A stretch of 63,845 bases of DNA, the filler included, from Octopus bimaculoides (taxonomy: Eukaryota), in assembly GCF_001194135.2 (NCBI RefSeq). It is 4 parts of 4 records of this genome, joined end to end, with 100 filler letters (N's around TTAATTAATTAA, not from the genome) between each part and the next. Parts side by side here need not be neighbours in the genome. Positions count along the whole stretch, not along the records: positions 29,557 to 48,083 come from NC_069000.1; positions 48,184 to 56,586 come from NC_068987.1; 2 more parts are not named here. One strand, 5' to 3'. The translations under genes and the position numbers were made by a program. Below the pieces are notes generated by a model. It saw only the letters and a list, made by a program, of their open reading frames with translations, searched no databases and was not told where the DNA came from. The stretch's first letter is position 1. Each line of letters opens with the position of its first letter. Of this stretch, positions 40,497-53,126 are shown piece by piece.

Positions 40497-40562
40497 AGAG
40501 ACAGAGAGAAACTTAGAAAGAGACAGAGAGAAACTTAGAAAGAGACAGAGAGAAACTTAGAA
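40497..40562. repeat. 22-bp tandem repeat x3
   Basis: AGAGACAGAGAGAAACTTAGAA three times, exact. Confidence 0.9.
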
Positions 40563-40677
40563 ACTTAGAGACAGAGAGACAACACCATATTTGATTTGTC
40601 CATACTCTCTGATTCACTCTCTCGTTCCTCACAACCTTTAGGTGTGTGGGGGGACGGTTGCCAGCGTGTATACTGTA

Positions 40678-40727
<50 letters not shown>

Positions 40728-41122
40728 TTTACACACATACATATACAAACATACATGCATACGCATGTGTATAGGTGTAGGCGTGTATGTACGCATGCGT
40801 CGAATTCGTCACAAACGCCATTTTTCGATAAATGGCTCATTGCTTTGATCGAGAATTAATAAGTGTGAGGGAACCGAATGACATCCGATGATTTCCAAAT
40901 GAAACGCGACACACAGAGTCACTGACACACAGAACCGCATGAACACATACGCGCGTGCGAGCGCGCACTAATACAAGCATACCCCCACGTGCACGCACGC
41001 GTACGTACACGTACACACACGTAAACGCAGACATACAGCCAATGCAGACAGACATATATACACATTCAGTTGTCCAACATGTAATTTCAGAGATTTTCAT
41101 GAGTATGGTGTATATACATGTA

Positions 41123-41168
<46 letters not shown>

Positions 41169-41286
41169 GGGCACACTTCATGATTATGTTTCCGTTTAAA
41201 TGTGTACATGACAGCGTAAATCAAATTGAAATATACGAAGCCTCCCTGTGGGTTAAAGAAGAATGTAAACACGTACTATCTTTGCG

Positions 41287-41340
<54 letters not shown>

Positions 41341-41637
41341 ATGTGTATGTGTGTGTGTGATCAAGCGTGTTTGTGTGTGTGAACCGGTAGTTCACCACTA
41401 TCGATCCAGTATCCTTATCTGAATCTACCCGAGTACCTGACTGTCTCGCTGTCCATTATATATTTCTGTGTAAGAACACATTTTGACGCATGCGTATCCA
41501 TCGATGTGTACACGTGTATGCCTGTTTCACTTCATGCGTGTGTATAATTTTCTACGTATGTGTATATGCATGGTTAAACGTATACCTATGAATATCTGTT
41601 TGGTGGCATGTGTGCGTATGTATCTTGTCCAGCTGTA

Positions 41638-41702
<65 letters not shown>

Positions 41703-42025
41703 AGATAGATAAATATATATATGTATATATATATATACGTATATATTCATATATTTAGATAGATAGATAGATAGATAGATAGATTGATATATATAGGTAT
41801 ATACAAACATATCTCTCCACATATAGGCATACATATCTATTTGTATGTGTGTATGTGTGTATGTGTGTGCGTGTGTGTATATTTAAACATATATATATAT
41901 ATATATATATGTTCATGAATATATATATAAATATATACATCTATATATATATATATGCGTGTGTGTGTATATGTGTATATATATAAGAATATATGTATAT
42001 ATATGTATATGAATATATATACATG

Positions 42026-42059
<34 letters not shown>

Positions 42060-42295
42060 GTATATGTCCTCGCTTACTGCCATCTGAGAGGAAAACTTAT
42101 AGAGAAGAGATAATGATAAATAAATAGTTGCTTTGTTGTTCAGCTCATTCTTTGCGCAGGCAGTCAGGCATGAAATCTTAAGAAGTTTCCTATAGATTTT
42201 TATTAGCCCAGATGTGGCCATCATCTGCAGCCTATCGATTACGAAGCTGCATATATTTTTTCTGTGTGTTTATGCGTGCCTCCGTATGAGTACTT

Positions 42296-42377
<82 letters not shown>

Positions 42378-42584
42378 NNNNNNNNNNNNNNNNNNNNNNN
42401 NNNNNNNNNNNNNNNNNNNNNNNNNNNNNNNNNNNNNNNNNNNNNNNNNNNNNNNNNNNNNNNNNNNNNNNNNNNNNNNNNNNNNNNNNNNNNNNNNNNN
42501 NNNNNNNNNNNNNNNNNNNNNNNNNNNNNNNNNNNNNNNNNNNNNNNNNNNNNNNNNNNNNNNNNNNNNNNNNNNNNNNNNNNN

Positions 42585-42618
<34 letters not shown>

Positions 42619-42734
42619 TGTGTGTGTGTGTGTATGACGGTGTCTGTGTACATATGTATGTAAATATATATATACTTATTAATTCTTTATGTTTTGCTGG
42701 TAGTTTATATATGTATGTATGTATGTATGTATGC

Positions 42735-42960
42735 ATGTAGTTCAAATTTGCAGAAAACAAAAAGGCGAAGACAAGGAAAAACAAGCAGATGCATTAGTTC
42801 GACGCTCAGGAAGATTCGAAAAGTTTTTGATGTTTCGAGCCTACGCTCTTCGACGAAAGGGATTGGGAGGAGAGAAAAAGAAGAGAGATCGAAAAAAAGA
42901 AAACAAAGAGTGGAAAACGTGTAGAGTGTTAATGGTTCAACATGGTGAAGTGGCTGGAGG
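42735..42960 (-). mobile_element. Penelope-like terminal-repeat relic with degenerate hammerhead-like motif
   Basis: Reverse complement contains GAAGAGCGTAGGCTCGAAACATC. Homologous to 24350-24450. PLE assignment inferred from the motif. Confidence 0.55.
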
Positions 42961-43600
42961 AAAAAGGTTGTATGAAAGGGAGATAATAACGGTTACTCGG
43001 CCGAACTAGGGTGCACAAGCGTGTGTGTGTATGTGAGGATGGTGTGTGTGAGTGTGTGTGTGTATGTATGAATGTGAGCGGGCGTGTGTGAATGTATGCG
43101 TGGGTGAGCTATGCGGACCTGTGTGGTGTATGTGTGTAAGTAGCGTAGTGTGTGGTGTATGTGTGTAAGTAACGTAGTGCGCACGTTTTGTGGAGTGATA
43201 GACGTTTCATGTTCTGGTGTGTGTGTGTGTGTGTCCGTATGGACGTGTGTAGATGTGTGGAGGTTATTGTGTGTGTGTATGTGGTTATATAAATGCATAT
43301 ATATATTTATGTATATGTATATAAAAGCACACACACGAACACATATTTATACATACGTACATATACTTATATATATTGTTTATATATGTGTATATATATA
43401 NNNNNNNNNNNNNNNNNNNNNNNNNNNNNNNNNNNNNNNNNNNNNNNNNNNNNNNNNNNNNNNNNNNNNNNNNNNNNNNNNNNNNNNNNNNNNTATATAC
43501 TTGTAAGTACTGTGGCTGGTGTGATGCGATTTACGTTTTCGAAACGTAGTATTCCTGGCAATGCACCCCACTAGAATGATGACCACTCTTAGAAAAATAT

Positions 43601-43694
43601 GGCCCGGGGTCGATTCGGTCAACTAAAATTCTTCAAAGCGGTACCTCAGCATAGCCGCAGTCTGATGATTGAAACAGATAAAAGATGAAAGATA
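43601..43694 (+). mobile_element. SINE family A, 3' fragment
   Basis: GGGGTCGATT...CAGCATAGCCGCAGTC...GAAACAGATAAAAGA. Confidence 0.65.
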
Positions 43695-44924
43695 TTTAAA
43701 TATATATACATATATATATAGAGAGAGAGAGAGGGGGGAGAGGGAGATATGCTGTTGTTGTTATTGGTTTTTCTGTTCCGATCAATCGTTTTGCATCCAA
43801 CCGATTCTCGTTATTTTCAATAATTACGATGTTCTCTCCAATCAGATGTAAATGTTTATTCGATGTGTTGATGGATGATAATTACCACAACGTCAGGAAA
43901 TACATGTAAACATTTATAAAAATATGCTGCTACTCTTCCCAATACTCAGGTACTTAATACTGAGGATCGGTCACGTGAAACTCAGAGTAACAGCTTTTTA
44001 AGGTTTCTTTCTGTCACTGAAAAGGAGATAACCATTCCGAAATGTTTGCATCTCAGTCTGGATAGGTGGCGCTGTGAGCTGATTCATTAGTCTAGAGCGA
44101 GAAATTTTCTCCACCAGAAAACATGTTGAAGGCTTGTTTACGAGTCCGAACGCGCTTCTAGCACATTCGAACTGGTAGTAACATTGCAATTATACTTATC
44201 ACTGTTTAGCACTCACAGCCTGTAAGAGATAATATAGTCCTCACTCTTTTTTGTATCATGGTATGGTATGTAACAAGAGAAAGATTGGGCTGCCATTTTT
44301 CTGTACGGTTCATGCGAACAGAAATAGTTGTTTCCTCATTATTTCCTCGAATCGTGTGTTGTGGAAAATCAGCGAGGAGAAAAGTTTACCATTGTGTCTT
44401 AGAGAATTGCCAGAAACACACAATTCAACATGCTTCAGTTGGTATGGCTACCAGATCACTGCTTGGAATGTTGCGAGCTATAGAACGGTGTTAGCGGCAG
44501 AGGGGGGAAAAGATTTAGTTAACGCTCTTAAATCTGGAGCTAATCACCGATCTAATGGACTTCTATCCTTCCGCGGAGACTTCATTGTATCAAATATACA
44601 TTTATCTTTCCCCAAAATGACTTCACTAAGATGCAACTGAACATTGTAATAACTCAGGTGCAAATTTCTTTGCCTTAATTAGTGGTGCGAAAATTGGGTA
44701 AATTGCGTATCATTCCCTACAAAAAAGTGAAGACACCCTCCTTGTTCCACCTAGAAGAAATAACAGCCAAATCTCACTCAGATGCCAGTCTACATTTTTT
44801 TTTACCAAAATAAAAGGTTATAAGATATAAATGTATACAATTCTCTTTCTTCGGACGTATATATATATATATTATTTATATTATATTATATATACACACA
44901 CACACGCACGCACACACACACACG

Positions 44925-44997
<73 letters not shown>

Positions 44998-45164
44998 GCA
45001 TACATACATACATACATACATATATATATACACATATACATACATAAATATATATATATATGTATATATATTTACATCTATATAATACATGCCTATATAT
45101 ATTTATGTGAGTATGCATATATATATATATATATATGTGTACATATATATATGTACACAGGTAT

Positions 45165-45195
<31 letters not shown>

Positions 45196-45518
45196 ATACA
45201 TACATACATACATACATACATACATACATACATACATACATACATGTATATATAAACACACACACACACACATATTCTTTTATTCTTTTATTCGTTTCAG
45301 CCAAGCGGCTGCAGTCATACTGGAGAATCACCGCACTCCAGTATATTCATTATTCTTTAACAAGAATATTAATGACAGTGACTTCGAAGTTTGAACCACT
45401 TGAGTGGAGAGGAGCAACATGAACTGAAGCGTTATGCTCATGAAACTAATGTACCGCGTCGCGCATTTTCACATGCAAAAATATACAAAGTTTAATAGCC
45501 AAATAACCTGTTATTATA

Positions 45519-45755
45519 CAGGGTTGGCCAAAAGTCACCTGACCGCAAATTAAAACCATTTAATTCCAAGATTAAAACAAAAAAATTATTTTATATGAGA
45601 CTCCGTTAAAAATTAGACAAATATTGAAAAAACGGTGATTTTAACTCACAGCATTCAATTATTAAACATTGAAAACTGGAATGAATAAATAAAATTGAAC
45701 TTTAAGTATTTGTGGAATTTTGATTTACTGTGGGGGTGATCTTTGGCCAACCCTG
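45519..45755. mobile_element. Tc1/mariner-type MITE (237 bp), copy 2, inverted relative to copy 1
   Basis: TIR CAGGGTTGGCCAAAAGTCACC ... GGTGATCTTTGGCCAACCCTG. Left TA present, right flank TC. Interior is the reverse complement of copy 1. Confidence 0.88.
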
Positions 45756-46868
45756 TCTGGTACAATATAAACCGAGGTACGTTATGACGGAATATATACA
45801 AGATGGACAAGGCTGGAAGGAATTTGAACCTAGGTCCTCTGGATAAAGACTGCCATGAGGTTAAGCAACAACATCCATCACTAAGTCCAACTAATTAACC
45901 CCAAATATATAAACAAATATTAACGNNNNNNNNNNNNNNNNNNNNNNNNNNNNNNNNNNNNNNNNNNNNNNNNNNNNNNNNNNNNNNNNNNNNNNNNNNN
46001 NNNNNNNNNNNNNNNNNNNNNNNNNNNNNNNNNNNNNNNNNNNNNNNNNNNNNNNNNNNNNNNNNNNNNNNNNNNNNNNNNNNNNNNNNNNNNNNNNNNN
46101 NNNNNNNNNNNNNNNNNNNNNNNNNNNNNNNNNNNNNNNNNNNNNNNNNNNNNNNNNNNNNNNNNNNNNNNNNNNNNNNNNNNNNNNNNNNNNNNNNNNN
46201 NNNNNNNNNNNNNNNNNNNNNNNNNNNNNNNNNNNNNNNNNNNNNNNNNNNNNNNNNNNNNNNNNNNNNNNNNNNNNNNNNNNNNNNNNNNNNNNNNNNN
46301 NNNNNNNNNNNNNNNNNNNNNNNNNNNNNNNNNNNNNNNNNNNNNNNNNNNNNNNNNNNNNNNNNNNNNNNNNNNNNNNNNNNNNNNNNNNNNNNNNNNN
46401 NNNNNNNNNNNNNNNNNNNNNNNNNNNNNNNNNNNNNNNNNNNNNNNNNNNNNNNNNNNNNNNNNNNNNNNNNNNNNNNNNNNNNNNNNNNNNNNNNNNN
46501 NNNNNNNNNNNNNNNNNNNNNNNNNNNNNNNNNNNNNNNNNNNNNNNNNNNNNNNNNNNNNNNNNNNNNNNNNNNNNNNNNNNNNNNNNNNNNNNNNNNN
46601 NNNNNNNNNNNNNNNNNNNNNNNNNNNNNNNNNNNNNNNNNNNNNNNNNNNNNNNNNNNNNNNNNNNNNNNNNNNNNNNNNNNNNNNNNNNNNNNNNNNN
46701 NNNNNNNNNNNNNNNNNNNNNNNNNNNNNNNNNNNNNNNNNNNNNNNNNNNNNNNNNNNNNNNNNNNNNNNNNNNNNNNNNNNNNNNNNNNNNNNNNNNN
46801 NNNNNNNNNNNNNNNNNNNNNNNNNNNNNNNNNNNNNNNNNNTTTTTTTTTTTTTTTTTTTTTTTTTT

Positions 46869-47072
46869 GCGTTTAGCACGACGGACAAATTGCTCGGCGG
46901 TATTTCGTCCACCTCCACGTTCTGAGTTCAAATTCCGCCGAGATCGACTTTAGGGAGATTCTTTCGAGATCTTTTTAGGATTGATAGAATAAGTACCAGT
47001 TGAGCATTGAGTTCGATGTAACCGACTTACCACTTCCCTCAAATTTATTGGCTTTGTGCCAAAAATTGAAAG

Positions 47073-47073
<1 letters not shown>
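46869..47073 (+). mobile_element. SINE family B followed by a long (ATT)n tail
   Basis: GTTCTGAGTTCAAATTCCGCCGAG...GTGCCAAAAATTGAAAGC, then (ATT)n at 47074-47260. Confidence 0.82.
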
Positions 47074-47147
<74 letters not shown>

Positions 47148-47203
47148 CATTACTATTACTATTATTATTATTATTATTATTATCATCATTATTATTATTA
47201 TTA

Positions 47204-47262
<59 letters not shown>
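47074..47262. repeat. Long (ATT)n microsatellite
   Basis: Direct read. Confidence 0.95.
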
Positions 47263-47263
<1 letters not shown>

Positions 47264-47817
47264 TGCTGTTGTTTTTTATCATTCTCACATACCAATCCAA
47301 ACTTATAGAAGATAAAAGCTTGTTTATATCCCATTGCTCTGATAACATTAAATACATATTAAAAAATATATCAATATATTTAATAAAAAAAAAAGTAACT
47401 GAAGTGCTGAAGAAAAAAATACTGATTTTTCTGCCAAAAATACAACACACGAAAAGAAAGTAAACATTACCCACATTACATTTCTTTATCAGCAGTAAAA
47501 AAAACAAATATTTGTTTTTTAAAAAAATATCTGAAATATAGACAAATTAATCACCCTTGACCTACTGAGATTATTTGATAAAATAATGTGCGGATAAAAA
47601 CATTTTTGATAACAATAAACTACTTTGGAATATAAGTTAGCATTTAAAAAGTAGTTTAAAGTGAGACGTTTTGGCATGAAACGTGAGTGTCTGCGCGATA
47701 ACAATCAATCAGGTAATCGAACTGTAATCAGAACGACAACAGAGACTAGAAAGGAAAAACAAATGACTGCTGAAATATATAGATATATACGTATATATAA
47801 ATACATGTGTGTGCGTG

Positions 47818-47867
<50 letters not shown>

Positions 47868-48022
47868 CGCGAATGTGTGTGTATGTGTGTGTGTGTGTGT
47901 GTGTGATTAAATAACGAAACAATTTATGGAAATATTTCCACCTTTACTTCTTCCATGGCGAAGGTGAACACATTTTCGAACACAGAAAGGAACAAATCAA
48001 ATATGAATATACAAACATACAT

Positions 48023-48083
<61 letters not shown>

Positions 48084-48183
48084 NNNNNNNNNNNNNNNNN
48101 NNNNNNNNNNNNNNNNNNNNNNNNNNNTTAATTAATTAANNNNNNNNNNNNNNNNNNNNNNNNNNNNNNNNNNNNNNNNNNNN
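48084..48183. other. Artificial scaffold spacer: 44 N + TTAATTAATTAA + 44 N
   Basis: Same structure as 29457-29556. Confidence 0.93.
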
Positions 48184-48217
<34 letters not shown>

Positions 48218-48615
48218 AACTTTATGTACAAGTTCTAAATACTGCTGATACTGTTTAATTTTTCCCGACCTTGCGGTCTACTGGCGCAACTCAGTTAATA
48301 TTGTTGACTGTTTTAGTTTAAGCTACGACATTAAGTCTGTCCAGAGTTACCTCTCTTCGGTATTTCCCACTGACAACAGCTAAAGAGCTAGAAACTCATC
48401 TGAGAATCCGACACCGGGTAGCACTGGACAGATATGGTGTTTTTACACCTTTTTACCATAAGAGAGATACTTTTTCTCTGTGGCAGCTGCAGTGAATTTG
48501 CCTTGCCTTGAGAAGTTGAAATATGTCACAAACATATTTTAACTAACCAAGTTTGCCTATGCCTAAACACTGCTTGGGCGCTAATACTGATGAATATGTG
48601 TGTATGTGTGTGTGT

Positions 48616-48935
48616 GAAGGCTCGTGGCTTAGTGGTTCGGATATTAGACTCACGATCGTACAGGCATGAGTTCAATTCCTGGCGCCACGTTGTGTCCTTG
48701 ATCAAAACTCTTTATTTCACGTTGCTCCAATCCACTCCGCTGGCAAGAATGAGTAGTACCTGTATTTCAAAGGGCCAGCCTTGTCACACTGTGTAACGCT
48801 GAATCTCCCTGAGAACAACATTAAAGGTACAAGTGTTTGTGGAGTGCTCAGCCAATTGCAAGGTAATTTCACGAACAGGCTCTTCCGTTGGTTGGATCAA
48901 TTGGAACCCTCGTCGTCGTAACCGACGGAGTGCCA
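48616..48935 (+). mobile_element. Full-length tRNA-derived SINE family C with CORE-like central block
   Basis: Head GAAGGCTCGTGGCTTAGTGG...GAGTTCAATTCC; GTGTCCTTGATCAAAAC...TTTCACGTTGCTCCA (CORE-like); tail CGTCGTCGTAACCGACGGAGTGCCA. Confidence 0.88.
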
Positions 48936-48983
48936 GTGTCATATACATACATACATACATACATACATACATACATACATACA

Positions 48984-49331
48984 TTGTTGTTGTTGGCACT
49001 CCGCCGCTTACGACGTTGAGGGTTCCAGTCGATCTGATCAACGGAACAGCCTGCTCGTGAAATTAACGTGCAAGTGGCTGAGCACTCCACAGACACGTGT
49101 ACCCTTAACGTAGTTCTCAGGGATATTCAGCGTGACACAGTGTGACAAGGCTGACCCTTTGAATTACAGGCACAACAGAAACAGGAAGTAAGAGTGAGAG
49201 AAAGTAGTGGTGAAAGACTACAGCAGGGTTCGCCACCATCCCCTGCCGGAGCCTCGTGAAGCTTTAGGTGTTTTCGCTCAATAAACACTCACAATGCCCG
49301 GTCTGGGAATCGAAACCGTGATCCTATGACC
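48984..49331 (-). mobile_element. SINE family D, duplicate of 49356-49703 (probably the same element assembled twice)
   Basis: Identical as far as I can read to the sequence 372 bp downstream, across a 10-N gap. Confidence 0.75.
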
Positions 49332-49355
49332 NNNNNNNNNNCATACATACATACA

Positions 49356-49743
49356 TTGTTGTTGTTGGCACTCCGCCGCTTACGACGTTGAGGGTTCCAG
49401 TCGATCTGATCAACGGAACAGCCTGCTCGTGAAATTAACGTGCAAGTGGCTGAGCACTCCACAGACACGTGTACCCTTAACGTAGTTCTCAGGGATATTC
49501 AGCGTGACACAGTGTGACAAGGCTGACCCTTTGAATTACAGGCACAACAGAAACAGGAAGTAAGAGTGAGAGAAAGTAGTGGTGAAAGACTACAGCAGGG
49601 TTCGCCACCATCCCCTGCCGGAGCCTCGTGAAGCTTTAGGTGTTTTCGCTCAATAAACACTCACAATGCCCGGTCTGGGAATCGAAACCGTGATCCTATG
49701 ACCACGAATCCGCTGCCCTAACCATTGGGCCATTGCGCCTCCA
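49356..49743 (-). mobile_element. Full-length SINE family D (own head and middle, family C 3' module)
   Basis: Head GGAGGCGCAATGGCCCAATGG...GTTTCGATTCCC. 3' about 170 bp shared with family C. (AAC)n tail. Confidence 0.9.
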
Positions 49744-49773
49744 TACATACATAATACATACATACATACATAC

Positions 49774-49819
<46 letters not shown>

Positions 49820-50467
49820 TTATATGTGTGTATATTTAAATGTATGTATGCATATATACACATACACACATGTATGTACATATGTACACTCAGCTTTGTA
49901 CTTGTCTCTGAATATAAAACTTAGAGCATGTGACGGGATGCCAATAATGAATCATTTTGTCACCGCTCTGCTGACGCATACTTCTCCGATTCTGTGCATA
50001 ACACCTCGGACTTATTGCTCATGAGTTCATACCTTGTGATTCATCAATTAATTTTCACACAGCAGATGCTTATCTAAGTTTCTTGGCAAAACATTTAATT
50101 CTACTGACTTTCATTTACTAGGCTTGGAATATATGTAGCAGTCCCTCTAGGGATAATGTACTATGCAAAATGCTCACATGACTAATCTCTCAACAATCCA
50201 GTTGACCTAACAGTAAGAATTGAGAGCAGTGTCAATTTGATGCGTGTAAAGTGTTGTGTTGGTTGCTCCAGTAGGGGCTTAGTTTGTAATTCGACTCGGA
50301 CAAGTAAAAAGCCTTTAACTTGTATTGTCTTCGGATCTGAAACTTCTGGCAAGACTCTGGACAAGTCTGGGAGAGGAATTTGCATGCAATTCGGAATCGC
50401 AGGAAATGCCTCTTCAATGGGACCTAGACAATAGTTCAGTTAGAATCAGCATTTGTTTTTGTAACGG

Positions 50468-50500
<33 letters not shown>

Positions 50501-50503
<3 letters not shown>

Positions 50504-50852
50504 ATAATAATAATAATCTTTTCTACTACAAGGCCTGAAATTTGTGGGGAGGGGTAAGTCGGTTACATCGACCCCAATGCGTAACTGGTACTTGTTTAAT
50601 TGACCCCCGAAAGGATGAAAGGCAAAATCGACCTCGGCGGAATTAACGATATTCATAATATTGATTTCAAATTTTGGCGCAAGACCAGCAATTTTGGGGA
50701 AGGAGGTAAGTCGATTACATCGACCCCAGTGCGTAACTAGTACTTATTTAATCAACCCCGAAAGGATGAAAGGCAAAGTCGACCACGGCGTAATTTGAAC
50801 GCAGAACGGAAGAACGGACGAAATGCTGATAAGCATTTTTGCCCAACGTTCT
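50501..50852 (-). mobile_element. Head-to-tail pair of SINE family B copies with different 3' tails (50501-50644 and 50657-50852)
   Basis: Two CCCGAAAGGATGAAAGGCAAA cores. Tails (reverse complement) GTAGTAGAAAAGATTATT and CCAAAATTTGAAATCAATATT. Confidence 0.85.
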
Positions 50853-51150
50853 TTCTTTCTTTTATTCTTTTACTTGTTTCAGTCATTTGACTGCGGCCAT
50901 GCTGGAGCACCGCCTTTAGTCGAGCAAATCGCCCCCAGGACTTATTCTTTGTAAGCCTACTACTTATTCTATCAGTCTCTTTTGCCGAACCGATAAGTTA
51001 CGGGGGTGTAAACACACCAGCATCGGTTGTCAAGCGATGCTCGGGGGACGAACAGATACAAACAAACACATACACACACACAGACACAGACACACACATA
51101 CACACACACACACATACACACACACACACACATACATACGTATATATATA
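50853..51150 (-). mobile_element. SINE family A, 3' half plus internal microsatellite (head in gap)
   Basis: Reverse complement of about 53100-53361. Confidence 0.88.
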
Positions 51151-51554
51151 NNNNNNNNNNNNNNNNNNNNNNNNNNNNNNNNNNNNNNNNNNNNNNNNNN
51201 NNNNNNNNNNNNNNNNNNNNNNNNNNNNNNNNNNNNNNNNNNNNNNNNNNNNNNNNNNNNNNNNNNNNNNNNNNNNNNNNNNNNNNNNNNNNNNNNNNNN
51301 NNNNNNNNNNNNNNNNNNNNNNNNNNNNNNNNNNNNNNNNNNNNNNNNNNNNNNNNNNNNNNNNNNNNNNNNNNNNNNNAGAGGGCAAACCTCCTCCAAA
51401 GCAACACCAACGTCCTCTCAACGATTAGCCGGACATGATTTTTAAAATGAAAATATCTGAAATAACTCGACTCCTCTCACAAACGAGAACACTAAAAATT
51501 GACCCGATCACCCAAAAATTAAGTAAAAAAAAAAGAAAACAAAAAAAAAATTAA

Positions 51555-51756
51555 TCCAGAATCTTTGTCCGGTACCGGATCGATCTCAAAATCTAATCAG
51601 TTCGTGCCAGTCACGAGGCCAAACATCCCTGAAAGTTTCATCCGAATCCATCCAGCGGTTCTTGAGATATCTTTCCATGGACAAAAAATAAATAAATAAA
51701 TAAACAAACACGATTAAAAACAATACCTCCGCCTTCCCTAAGGCGGAGGTAATAAT
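51555..51756 (+). mobile_element. Helentron/Helitron2-like non-autonomous element, 3' portion
   Basis: Perfect 12-bp stem TACCTCCGCCTT-CCCT-AAGGCGGAGGTA (51724-51751) preceded by (AAAT)n and a GAAAGTTTCATCCGAATCCATCCAGCGGTTCTTGAGATAT block of the kind seen in such elements. Family assignment is from pattern recall. Confidence 0.55.
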
Positions 51757-52160
51757 CAATGTATATGATATACTACAAGTATTTGCATATATGTGTTTTT
51801 GCAACACTTAACCATTTGAAGCTGCTGAATTTCTTCCATTTTATATGACTTACGAAATTATTCTATACGAGCTCTAAATTTTGCGCATAGGCTGGAGTCA
51901 TTCTATTTTCGGGATTTTTTTTGTATGAGAAAGTTCATTCTTTGTTTCATATGCTACTCTGTTATATTTATATATTCTAATGATCAAATTAATTTTCTCC
52001 TTTTTCTCATTGGTAAATCTAATCAATATATGTAATACATTATGTATTATCAATATACATACTTAATACATTGTTTGTACTTGTATAAACACTTATTTTT
52101 CTATCAATTATTTTACTTCATACAGTCCTCTATATTCCACTGTTAGATTCATATACAGTA

Positions 52161-52548
52161 GAGTCGCAATGGCCCAGTGGTTAGGGCAGCGGACACGCGG
52201 TCATAGGATCGCAGTTTCGATTCCCAGACCGGGCATTGTGAGTGTTTATTGAGCGAAAATACCTAAAGCTCCTCGAGGCTCCGGCAGGGGATGGTGGCGA
52301 ACCCTGCTGTACTCTTCCTCCACAACTTTCTCTCACTCTTACTTCCTGTTTCTGTTGTGCCTGTAATTCAAAGGGTCAGCCTTGTCACACTGTGTCACGC
52401 TGAATATCCCCGAGAACTACGTTAAGGGTACACGTGTCTGTGGAGTGCTCAGCCACTTGCACGTTAATTTCACGAGCAGGCTGTTCGTTGATCGGATCAA
52501 CTGGAACCCTCGACGTCGTAAGCGACGGAGTGCCAACAAACAAACAAC
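52161..52548 (+). mobile_element. Full-length SINE family D
   Basis: About 94% identical by eye to the reverse complement of 49356-49743. Confidence 0.9.
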
Positions 52549-52900
52549 ATTCATATACAACTTACTCAGCAGTACCATTTGTTCGACTTTAGGCTATTTA
52601 CTAATAACACAGTACGCATGTACTTCTTGTTTGAAGCCGAACAAAAAAAATGAAAACAAATAATTTGAAATCACGGTTTAAAAATTCAGAAGGCCCATGT
52701 GTGTTGGTGCCTCCTCTTGTCTATGCCTGAAATATTTTTCTTCGGAAACTTTAGAAGTGAATGTGAATAGTAACGCTTATTATGTACAAATGTAGCTTTT
52801 GTACAAAATATATCAGATATGCTGTAAACGCGTAAGCTTTTACTGTCCCTTGAAAACGTTTTAAAAAAGTATGCAATCTGTAAGATGATGTATACATATA

Positions 52901-53063
52901 GGCGCAGGAGTGTCTGTGTGGTAAGTAGCTTGCTTACCAACCACATGGTTCCGGGTTCAGTCCCACTGCGTGGCACCTTGGGCAAGTGTCTTCTACTTTA
53001 GCATTGGGCAGGCCAAAGCCTTGTGAGTGGATTTGGTAGGCGGAAACTGAAAGAAGCCCGTCG

Positions 53064-53126
<63 letters not shown>

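Noticed and set aside
48970-49703. Exact 362-bp tandem duplication of a family D SINE
   Set aside because: Copies look identical and flank a 10-N gap, typical of an unmerged contig overlap rather than biology.
50237-50434. ORF containing SGRGICM, faintly like the EGICIA motif of the next mGluR exon
   Set aside because: No NYGESG start, no phase-1 acceptor and no other aligned residues; chance match.
52161-52235. tRNA-like sequences with A and B boxes (also at 48616, 52901, 53860-53934)
   Set aside because: They are SINE heads continuing into repeat bodies, with no complete cloverleaf or terminator; not tRNA genes.
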